Shown here in pieces: positions 26,501-32,295 of a stretch of DNA of 32,295 nt. The translations under genes were made by a program, and so were the position numbers. Position 1 is the first letter of the stretch, and each line of letters begins with the position of its first letter. The stretch is from an uncultured Candidatus Saccharibacteria bacterium. Lineage in GTDB: Bacteria; Patescibacteriota; Minisyncoccia; Minisyncoccales; PWPS01. The notes below the pieces were generated by a model. The model searched no databases and was not told where the DNA came from. It saw only the letters and a program-made list of their open reading frames with translations. The DNA is taken from contig CAZKZM010000068.1 in NCBI GenBank assembly GCA_964557305.1, positions 1-32,295 on the forward strand, written 5' to 3'.

Positions 26501-27493
26501 GAAAAAGTATGGGTTCAGATAAAGTTAATAAAAAAGATCAATAAAATTAGTGTGGCATACTGTTTTGAAGTAGAAAATGGAGAGCCCGTTTTTACAGTTG
26601 GAACAACAGGAATCCTTACGCACAACTGCCGACTTAGGTTGGATAACAAGGAGTTGATAAAGAGAGGGGGAGGGCTTTTTGGCTCACAACCACTTACTGG
26701 TTCAATTGGTGTTTGTACAATTAACTTGCCACGAATAGGATATTTGTCAAAAACAAAAGATGAGTTTTATAGTAGATTAGGAGCGGTGATGGATCTTGCA
26801 AAAGAAAGCTTAGAGATAAAAAGAAAGGCCGTAGATAACTTTATTGAAAAAGGACTATATCCTTATTCCAAACACTATCTTAATTCTGTGAAAAAGATGC
26901 GTGGCTCTTATTTTGGAAATCACTTTTCAACAATCGGTCTTATCGGAATGAACGAATCGCTTTTAAATTTTATGGGAGAAGGGACTGGTTCTGAAGAAGG
27001 AAGAAAGTTTGCAGTAGAAATTCTTGACTTTATGCGTGACCGACTTGTTGAGTATCAAGAAAAAACAGGAAATCTATACAACTTAGAAGCAACTCCGGGA
27101 GAAGGGTGTTCTTACCGCCAAGCGAGTATAGACCGAGGAAGATACCCAGATATTATAACAGCAGGAACAAAAGAAAATCCGTACTACACAAACTCTATTC
27201 ACCTTCCGGTTGGATACACTGATGATCCGTTTGAAGCACTTGATCTTCAAGATGAACTGCAACAAAAATTTACTGGAGGAACGGTGTTTCACTTGTTCTT
27301 GGGAGAGAGAATGGCTACTGCTGAAAGCGCAAAAGGTCTTGTAAAAAAGGTATTAAACAACTATCATTTACCATACATAACAATAACACCTACTTTTTCT
27401 GTTTGTCCTAACTGTGGATACTTAAAAGGAGAGCAGTTCTACTGCCCTAATTGCAAAATAAAAGGTCCAAAGAAGATTATAAAAAATATTTAA
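23537..27493 (+). CDS. nrdD: Anaerobic (class III) ribonucleoside-triphosphate reductase with an ATP-cone and two inteins, lacking the glycyl-radical loop
   Basis: ATP-cone at the N-terminus. Extein motifs are GFQ/TPFLNVSLD, RSM/CRLRLD, NLEATPGEG, GGTVFHLFLGE and LPYITITPTFSVCPNCGYLKGEQFYCPNC. The ORF stops 12 codons after the second CxxC, before any RxxGY loop. Confidence 0.93.
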   Translation: MISKIEKRNGEVVDFDVQKIESAAYKALTFTKKGDKDEARVISDKVLEVLLQRFSREEVPTVEDIQNIVEEVLIMEGFTDTARSYILYREKRREVRDAMTQLEDSSEIIEKYIDEIDWEVKENANMTYSLQGLNQHATSHISKKYWLNKIYPYEIREAAKNQDFHIHDLNLLATYCCGWDLQDLLLRGFGGVPSKIESKPPKHFRPALGQIVNFFFTLQGESAGAQAMSNFDTFLAPFIRYDNLDYKQVKQSLQEFLFNCMVPTRVGFQCLSEDTEILTKDGWKKHNEVKQGDVIKTFNTEEKIIQEKQVKKVFSKEYEGKMYSVSNRIQDQLISPHHRMVRKKFNSERYVLEEVEEVLKLKTPQTIPIAADNKNKAIDITNEEIKLVAWIVSEGSMESKVNWRRIVIYQSEKKNKEKYEEILALLEILGIKYTTQEGSKSLGDVVMQIRFNSEETQKILDLFDTKDSVKKIPSRFLEMSQKQSRVFLETYIKGDGHEGSKITVSDKETLRDLQRIIVNSGYGFTTSKRKSSGVGKKMLYIIRVIRHQETHITKIKEVDYKGFIWSVNTDNETVIAKRKGKVFITGNTPFLNVSLDVKIPEFLRNQPIIIGGEAKRETYGEFQKEVDIFNKAFYECLMEGDSKGRVFTFPIPTISIAKDFDWDNKALDPMWEATAKYGINYFSNFIQSDMNPEDFRSMCPLDRNEKVLIRSKRGRGLEYSSIGFICEGRAKENEYEVYSDGKFIKGRFNKFPNQKMMLVVLKNGHKIKMSENHLNYVMKDSKSAIETLKGKDLKEGFYLPYSLNVYEGEGGNKDLGYFVGAFAGDGSFDGDGSVVFSLEQERKKEIISKIIKISEKYFGAHYSTKKDPKTKLFTLKIHSRAAVGLCKDFIANKKREKHYKARIFGTSVEFRKGVLKGHYETDGGNKNRTYTSSKRMVESINMLNATLGKTTSIYKDDREGRLGSEPNYAVRAYSFANKKYGDIWFKKKEKVWVQIKLIKKINKISVAYCFEVENGEPVFTVGTTGILTHNCRLRLDNKELIKRGGGLFGSQPLTGSIGVCTINLPRIGYLSKTKDEFYSRLGAVMDLAKESLEIKRKAVDNFIEKGLYPYSKHYLNSVKKMRGSYFGNHFSTIGLIGMNESLLNFMGEGTGSEEGRKFAVEILDFMRDRLVEYQEKTGNLYNLEATPGEGCSYRQASIDRGRYPDIITAGTKENPYYTNSIHLPVGYTDDPFEALDLQDELQQKFTGGTVFHLFLGERMATAESAKGLVKKVLNNYHLPYITITPTFSVCPNCGYLKGEQFYCPNCKIKGPKKIIKNI
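24344..25297 (+). mobile_element. Intein 1 (318 aa) with a LAGLIDADG homing-endonuclease domain
   Basis: It starts CLSEDTEILTKDG. Block B is LISPHHRM. LAGLIDADG-like motifs are KLVAWIVSEGSM and FLETYIKGDGHEG. It ends VFITGN with Thr at +1, and splits the conserved GFQ-TPF extein motif. Confidence 0.85.
25631..26626 (+). mobile_element. Intein 2 (332 aa) with a LAGLIDADG homing-endonuclease domain
   Basis: It starts CPLDRNEKVLIRS. Block B is MSENHLN. LAGLIDADG motifs are LGYFVGAFAGDGSF and VLKGHYETDGG. It ends GILTHN with Cys at +1 (CRLRLD). Confidence 0.9.
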
Positions 27494-27503
27494 CAAAAAA
27501 AAT

Positions 27504-27812
27504 ATGAGTAAAAATATATTTTCTACAAAAAAACAAGCAGTTGAGGCAAGAAAGTGTTTTGATTGTGGGTGTGACATAAAGATTGAAGATAAAGACATTA
27601 AAAATGGAGTTCTCTTAGAGTATGAAGATAACGACGAGCAACTTTTTGCGATGAAGTGTGACGATTGTTACAAAAAAAACGAAGGAATCTCTAATTACAA
27701 AAAGTGCGAAGTTTACTCAAGAATAGTAGGATATCTCCGTCCAGTTCAAAACTATAATCCAGGCAAAAAACAAGAGTACGAAGAAAGAAAGGAATACACT
27801 GCAAAGGTGTAA
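27504..27812 (+). CDS. Stand-alone NrdD C-terminal module: Cys4 ribbon plus glycyl-radical loop
   Basis: 102 aa with CFDCG...CDDC, then EVYSRIVGYLRPVQNYNPGKKQEYEERKEY, the class III RNR glycyl-radical signature. It starts 10 nt after the nrdD stop, in a different frame. Confidence 0.85.
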   Translation: MSKNIFSTKKQAVEARKCFDCGCDIKIEDKDIKNGVLLEYEDNDEQLFAMKCDDCYKKNEGISNYKKCEVYSRIVGYLRPVQNYNPGKKQEYEERKEYTAKV

Positions 27813-27817
27813 ATACA

Positions 27818-27852
27818 CCCCATTTTTACACCCCAGGGGTGTAAAAATGGGG
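27818..27852. repeat. Palindromic repeat, copy 3 (CCCCATTTTTACACCCC-A-GGGGTGTAAAAATGGGG)
   Basis: Perfect 17-bp arms around nt 27835, starting 6 nt after the stop at 27810-27812. Confidence 0.9.
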
Positions 27853-27906
27853 TGTAAAAAACCATTCGGAGCAGGGTTATACTCCGGCGGGAATCTCCGT
27901 GAATTT

Positions 27907-28097
27907 AATTTCAAATTTCAAATTTCAATTGAATAACCAAATGAACAAATGACTAAATCCCTTAAAAAGAATCTTCGATTCTTTACGGGACAAGTCTTAA
28001 AACAACTCACGCATAGCTTTGTGATTATGTGTTTTAAAATTTAAACATTTAGAAATTTGAAATTGATTTGAAATTTGAAATTTGAAATTTGAAATTC
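27907..28097. repeat. Inverted heptamer arrays (aatttca x3 vs gaaattt x6) flanking a roughly 120-nt core
   Basis: The left array is at 27907-27928 and the right array at 28051-28097, reverse-complementary to each other. An inner 8-bp hairpin aaagaatc-ttc-gattcttt is at 27966-27984. Confidence 0.85.
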
Positions 28098-28192
28098 TTG
28101 CAAGATTTCCACTGGAATTTTACACTGTTTCGAATGGTGTGGGGTGGGAATGATAGAGTATTACTATCTATTAGTGTAAAAATATTTATTTT

Positions 28193-28891
28193 ATGAAAAT
28201 TGGTGGATTACAAAAACTAACGCTTATTGACTATCCGGGGCAAGTTGCTTGCACTGTTTTTCTTGCTGGTTGTAATTTTCGTTGTCCGTGGTGTTACTCG
28301 GCAGAGCTTGTTTTGCCCGAAAAAATTGAAAATCAAGCAGAAGTAGAAGAAAAAGAATTTTTCAGATTTTTAGAAAGAAGAAAAAACACTCTTGATGGCG
28401 TTGTTATTTGTGGAGGAGAAGCAACAACAAACGCTTCGCTTCCTGAGTTTATAAGAAAGATAAAAGAAAAAGGATTTAAAGTAAAACTTGATACCAACGG
28501 CTCTAATCCACAAATGTTAATTCATCTTCTTGAAGAAAAGTTACTGGATTATATTGCGATGGATGTTAAAAATAGCTTTGATAAGTATAGTCAGACGGTG
28601 GGAGTTGATTGTGATGTTGAAAAGATAAAAAAAAGCATTGATGTTATAAAAAACTCAGAAGTTGATTACGAGTTCAGAACAACAGTGGTTCCAGGAATTC
28701 ATGAAGAAGAAGACATTGAAAAGATAGGAGAAGCATTAAAAGGAGCAGAAAAGTATTTTTTACAAAATTTTCTTCCTGAAAAAACAATTAACGGAGGATT
28801 CATAGAAAAAACACCATTTTCCAAAGAGAAGCTTGAAAAGTTAAAAGAAAAAGCAGCTCCTTTTGTGAAAAAATGTGAGACAAGAGGATAA
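28193..28891 (+). CDS. nrdG: Anaerobic ribonucleotide reductase activating protein (radical SAM)
   Basis: CNFRCPWC cluster motif near the N-terminus, GGEAT, and a length and layout typical of the NrdG2 type. Confidence 0.9.
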   Translation: MKIGGLQKLTLIDYPGQVACTVFLAGCNFRCPWCYSAELVLPEKIENQAEVEEKEFFRFLERRKNTLDGVVICGGEATTNASLPEFIRKIKEKGFKVKLDTNGSNPQMLIHLLEEKLLDYIAMDVKNSFDKYSQTVGVDCDVEKIKKSIDVIKNSEVDYEFRTTVVPGIHEEEDIEKIGEALKGAEKYFLQNFLPEKTINGGFIEKTPFSKEKLEKLKEKAAPFVKKCETRG

Positions 28892-28909
28892 AGACACCTT
28901 TTCTTTTTT

Positions 28910-28940
28910 GTGCCGACTTTTCAGTCGGCACTTTTGTTTT
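28910..28940 (+). terminator. Rho-independent terminator after nrdG
   Basis: Stem gtgccgac / gtcggcac with loop ttttca, followed by ttttgtttt. Confidence 0.8.
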
Positions 28941-28995
28941 GACTTTTATTTTATTTGTTTTATTATTAAGTAATATCAATATAATTTTTTTATAT

Positions 28996-29664
28996 ATGAA
29001 GATTTTATTTGTTTCTTACTCAAGAACAGGAAATACTCAAAAAACAACGGAGAAAATAAAAAAAGAGTTAAAAGAACGAGGACACGAAGTAGTTACAGAA
29101 AAAATTAAATTAAAAAAAGAGCTTGAATCAAGGTGGTTAGTTCTTTTTGATATAAAAGTGACACTTAGTTACTTTTTGGGGCTTGCCTTGAGAAAAGACA
29201 TTTTACCCAGAAGAGAAATTGAGCCAGTTTCTTTTCCAAACATATCACAGTTTGACAGAGTTTGTATAACAACTCCCAAGTGGGGCAGTGTTCCTCCACA
29301 GATATGTAAATATATTGATATTGTTGAAGGATTGGAAGGAAAAAAAGTTGCTGTTTTTTCCTCTTACTACTGTCCTCCCTATAAATACATTGAGTTGAAG
29401 GCGATTTTTGGACCGTTAAAGAAAATGATAAGCAAAAAACAAGGAGAAGTGACTGTAATGATGGGTGCGACTACCGATTTTCTTGAAAGAGGAATTAAAT
29501 CGTTTAAAGCAGTAATATGGATTCTTAATCTGGTCAGGTTTGGAAAGCCATTTCCAAAAGATTGGCGAGACAGATCACCATACTTTATATCAGAAAAGTT
29601 TAAACCAGTAGCTCCTTACAAGGAAGAAGCGATCAAGTTGTTTTGTGATAAAATTGAAAATTAA
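28996..29664 (+). CDS. Flavodoxin-like fold protein
   Basis: MKILFVSYSRTGNTQKTTEKIKKEL is an FMN-loop-like N-terminus, and ITTPKWGSVPP is a second loop. ATG at 28996 is preferred over the upstream alternative start at 28939. Confidence 0.65.
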   Translation: MKILFVSYSRTGNTQKTTEKIKKELKERGHEVVTEKIKLKKELESRWLVLFDIKVTLSYFLGLALRKDILPRREIEPVSFPNISQFDRVCITTPKWGSVPPQICKYIDIVEGLEGKKVAVFSSYYCPPYKYIELKAIFGPLKKMISKKQGEVTVMMGATTDFLERGIKSFKAVIWILNLVRFGKPFPKDWRDRSPYFISEKFKPVAPYKEEAIKLFCDKIEN

Positions 29665-29676
29665 AAAAAATAAAAG

Positions 29677-31026
29677 ATGAAAATTTTAGTTGCTTACTAC
29701 TCCCGTACAAAAGGAACAGAAAAATTAGCAGATGTTTTGATTAAAAAAATTAGAGATTCAGGACATTCTGTTGATGTTGAAAAAATAAAACCACAAAAAG
29801 AACACAGTTGGTTTTTTTGGTTTTTTATTAGAATCTTTAAAGGAAGTTGCAAGATTAAACCCTTGAAAATTAAAACAGCAGAAGATTATGATCTGGTTTT
29901 AGTTGGAAGTCCTAACTGGACGCGAGTTTCCTTGCCAGTGGGAGGATATATCAAAGAAGTGAAAGGAATAAGATACAGAAATGTTGCGCTTTTTTCTACT
30001 ACTTTTGCTCCTCCTGCTCTTGAGTGGTATATTCTTTCAGCATACTTGCTTGATCTGAGTTTTGCGAAGATGGTTGAGAGAAAACACGGGAGAGTGGTTG
30101 ATTATCTTATTCTTTCAAGTTTTTTTAAAAAATGGAGTTTTGAATCTGATTATGGAGAGAATATGATCAGTGATTTTTGTAAAAAAATTACTTCTCCGAT
30201 AACTTCTTTTAAAAAATACTTTTTAAGACAAAAAGAAGTTGACAATCTTCGCTTTTTAGCGGTCTTAACCTCATTTTTCTTTTTTTCAAGTATTTTTGCA
30301 GTAGCTTTTTTGAAAGTTATTAATATTGACATTTCTTGGGAAGATTACCTTTGGATCGGGATTGTTCTTTTCTTAACTTTTATTCTTTTAACCCTTGTTC
30401 GGGACAACAAAAGATTTTTCTTTTTAGCAAAATATATTCCAAGCGTTTCGTTTGTTTTTCTTTGGACAATGCTTGTTTCTCACTTTGCATTAGATTTAGG
30501 GACGGGGCGTTTAATGATATTAGGATATATTTTTATTTTCGTTCTTTTTTCTTCTTTTCGTGACGAAAAAGTGGTTGCTTTTTCAGGAGCGTTTACTCTT
30601 TTGTCGTATGTTTTTTTGTTTTATTTTTCGCTAGAAAAACAAGTTTTTAATTTGTTTTTAGATATGTCTTTGATATTTGCCAGTTGTGTTCTCTTTATTA
30701 TCTTTACCAACACTTTTCGTGAGTATTACCTGACTTTATTAAACTCTCAAGATGAAGTTGAAAAATCACGAAAAGGATTAGAAGAAAAAGTTAAAATAAA
30801 AACAAAAGAGTTGAAAGAGCTGAACGAAAACCTAGAAAAAGAAGTTGAAAAAAGAACTGAAAAAATAAAAGAGCAGAGCACTGACTTAGAAAAGAAAGTA
30901 AACCACTTAGAAAAGTTCAACAAACTAACGATTGGAAGAGAGAACCGAATGAAAGAATTAAAAGAAGAGATAGAAACACTAAAAAAAGAAAAACAAGAGT
31001 TGGAAGAAAAGTTAAATGAAAAATAA
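29677..31026 (+). CDS. Fusion protein: flavodoxin-like domain, about 6 TM helices, then coiled-coil GRE-motif tail
   Basis: The N-terminus MKILVAYYSRTKGTEKLADVLIKKI...LVGSPNWTRVSLP is paralogous to 28996-29664. The middle 190 aa or so are hydrophobic. The tail is LEEKVKIKTKELKELNENLEKEVEKRTEKI...LEKFNKLTIGRENRMKELKEEIETLKKE. Confidence 0.75.
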   Translation: MKILVAYYSRTKGTEKLADVLIKKIRDSGHSVDVEKIKPQKEHSWFFWFFIRIFKGSCKIKPLKIKTAEDYDLVLVGSPNWTRVSLPVGGYIKEVKGIRYRNVALFSTTFAPPALEWYILSAYLLDLSFAKMVERKHGRVVDYLILSSFFKKWSFESDYGENMISDFCKKITSPITSFKKYFLRQKEVDNLRFLAVLTSFFFFSSIFAVAFLKVINIDISWEDYLWIGIVLFLTFILLTLVRDNKRFFFLAKYIPSVSFVFLWTMLVSHFALDLGTGRLMILGYIFIFVLFSSFRDEKVVAFSGAFTLLSYVFLFYFSLEKQVFNLFLDMSLIFASCVLFIIFTNTFREYYLTLLNSQDEVEKSRKGLEEKVKIKTKELKELNENLEKEVEKRTEKIKEQSTDLEKKVNHLEKFNKLTIGRENRMKELKEEIETLKKEKQELEEKLNEK

Positions 31027-32295
31027 AGAAAAAATAACCCCCTCAAAAACTCTTTTCTTTTTTTGTCTTTCTTTTATTCTTGGAGTATTTTTTGCGCCGA
31101 TTAGCTTCCTAATCGGCGTTGTTTTTTCTCTTTTAATTTTTTTCTTTCTTTCAAAAAAACATCTGATTACTGTTTTTTGTCTTCTTTTTTTTATTGTTGG
31201 ATTTTTTCTTTTTCACTTTGCAACATATAACTTAGAAGTAATAAAAAATAGTTCTTTTGTGGGAAAAGTTACAGAAACCTACTCCACAGGAAAAGAAACA
31301 CAAGTATTGACGATTAAAAACAGTCAGGGAAAAGCAGTTGTTTACACATATGATTATCCGAAGCACTGTTGTGGTGAAACAGTTTTGATAAAAGGAGAAG
31401 AGAGCGTTTTTAATGATAAAAAATATCTAAATTATCTAAACAAAGAAAAAATTATATCTGTTTTTCAATATCCCACCATAGAAAAAATAAAAGAAAAAGA
31501 AAGATCTTTTCAGTGTTTTCTTTTGTCTCAGAAAGAAAAACTTAAAAAAAACATAGAAAGATCACTTCCCGCTCCACACCGATTTTTATTAGAAGCAATG
31601 ATTCTTGGAGAAAGAAGGTCTTTTACTGACAGCTTTAATGAAAAGTTAAGTATCTCTGGAACTCGTCACATAACAGCAATTTCTGGAATGCACATTATTA
31701 TAATATCCAGTGTGCTGTTTTTTATTATTTTAATGTTAGGAGTTAAAAAAAGAATATCAGTTTTTTTAACACTTGCAGTAATTACGATTTTTATTATTTT
31801 TGTTGGAGCTCCAGCTTCTGCGATAAGAGCAGGGGTTATGGGAGGCGTTGTTCTGTTATCAACGATTGTTGGTCGTAAAGCAAGTCCAGTTCGGCTCGTT
31901 GCTTTTGCTGGAGCAGTGATGCTTGCTTTTAACCCTCTTCTTCTTCATTACGATTTAGGATTTCAGTTATCTTTTTTGGCAGTAGTAGGAATTACTTCTC
32001 TTTACGGTCCGATCAAGAAAAAAGAAGTTGCTTGTTCTTCTTTTCTTAGAAAACACGACAAAATAGCAGATATTTTAGCAGTAACGATCGGGGCGCAGAT
32101 ATTTGTTTTTCCTTTAATTCTTTACAACTTTGGACACATCTCTCTCTTCTCCTTTTTTGCAAATATTTTAATTGTTCCACTTCTTCCTTTTGTTATGATT
32201 CTCGGATTTTTAACAGCCCTGACAGGATGGATTATTTTTTCAATCCCTGCATTTATATTTCTTTCTTTTATAATCTTTATCATCAACCTAACTTA
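31016..32295 (+). CDS. comEC: ComEC/Rec2-family DNA internalisation channel protein (3' end outside window)
   Basis: An open frame runs from ATG 31016 to the window edge, so it is absent from the ORF track for lack of a stop. It is polytopic with the Competence-domain motif ISGTRHITAISGMHIIII. It overlaps the previous gene by 11 nt. Confidence 0.8.
   Translation, partial: MKNKEKITPSKTLFFFCLSFILGVFFAPISFLIGVVFSLLIFFFLSKKHLITVFCLLFFIVGFFLFHFATYNLEVIKNSSFVGKVTETYSTGKETQVLTIKNSQGKAVVYTYDYPKHCCGETVLIKGEESVFNDKKYLNYLNKEKIISVFQYPTIEKIKEKERSFQCFLLSQKEKLKKNIERSLPAPHRFLLEAMILGERRSFTDSFNEKLSISGTRHITAISGMHIIIISSVLFFIILMLGVKKRISVFLTLAVITIFIIFVGAPASAIRAGVMGGVVLLSTIVGRKASPVRLVAFAGAVMLAFNPLLLHYDLGFQLSFLAVVGITSLYGPIKKKEVACSSFLRKHDKIADILAVTIGAQIFVFPLILYNFGHISLFSFFANILIVPLLPFVMILGFLTALTGWIIFSIPAFIFLSFIIFIINLT

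Noticed and set aside
24344-26626. Group I intron (as in phage T4 nrdD) or frameshifted pseudogene as the explanation for the oversized nrdD
   Set aside because: The reading frame is continuous across both insertions. Each insertion begins with Cys, contains TxxH-like and LAGLIDADG blocks and ends in Asn followed by Thr or Cys. They are protein-level inteins, not RNA introns or disruptions.
27907-28097. Possible CRISPR array suggested by regularly repeated short units
   Set aside because: The units are 7 nt, directly abutting, with no spacers. The two arrays are inverted relative to each other, and no cas genes are present. This is a simple-sequence inverted repeat.

Overview
AT-rich (roughly one-third GC by eye), gene-dense bacterial window. 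Proteins are lysine/glutamate-rich, Shine-Dalgarno sequences are almost absent, and the intergenic repeat families resemble those I associate with Candidate Phyla Radiation (Patescibacteria/Parcubacteria-like) genomes. That taxonomic call is inference only. The backbone is housekeeping: DEAD-box helicase, csp, rnr, topA, pth, lepB, hisS, rpsU, ybeY, ftsA, ftsZ, nrdD, nrdG and comEC. Six things are not explained by ordinary annotation. (1) Three sensor-type proteins have no kinase, GGDEF or MCP output. All end in the same coiled-coil tail (LEKF-x-x-L-x-x-GRE-x-x-M-x-ELK-x-x-I). Each is wired to a different input: a V4R-like binder plus PAS, a PhnD-like binding protein plus HAMP, and a flavodoxin-like domain plus a 6-TM domain. 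(2) The class III ribonucleotide reductase locus is heavily remodelled. nrdD carries two LAGLIDADG inteins. Its glycyl-radical loop is missing from the main ORF and sits on a separate 102-aa ORF with its own Cys4 ribbon. nrdG is separated from them by a 380-bp repeat-filled spacer. (3) A start-less GGDEF gene remnant is fused to a repeat element. (4) There are several intergenic repeat families: a 31-35 bp perfect palindrome in 3 copies, about 125-bp MITE-like units with GTCATTCCCGCG inverted termini, and TGAC-rich arrays. (5) A near-consensus orphan promoter is followed by a roughly 200-nt multi-hairpin element closed by a 27-bp helix. (6) Extended -10 boxes sit 6-7 nt from several start codons, suggesting leaderless mRNAs. 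All calls come from reading the ORF track and sequence by eye. No database search, HMM or folding computation was run, so family names are recognition from memory.
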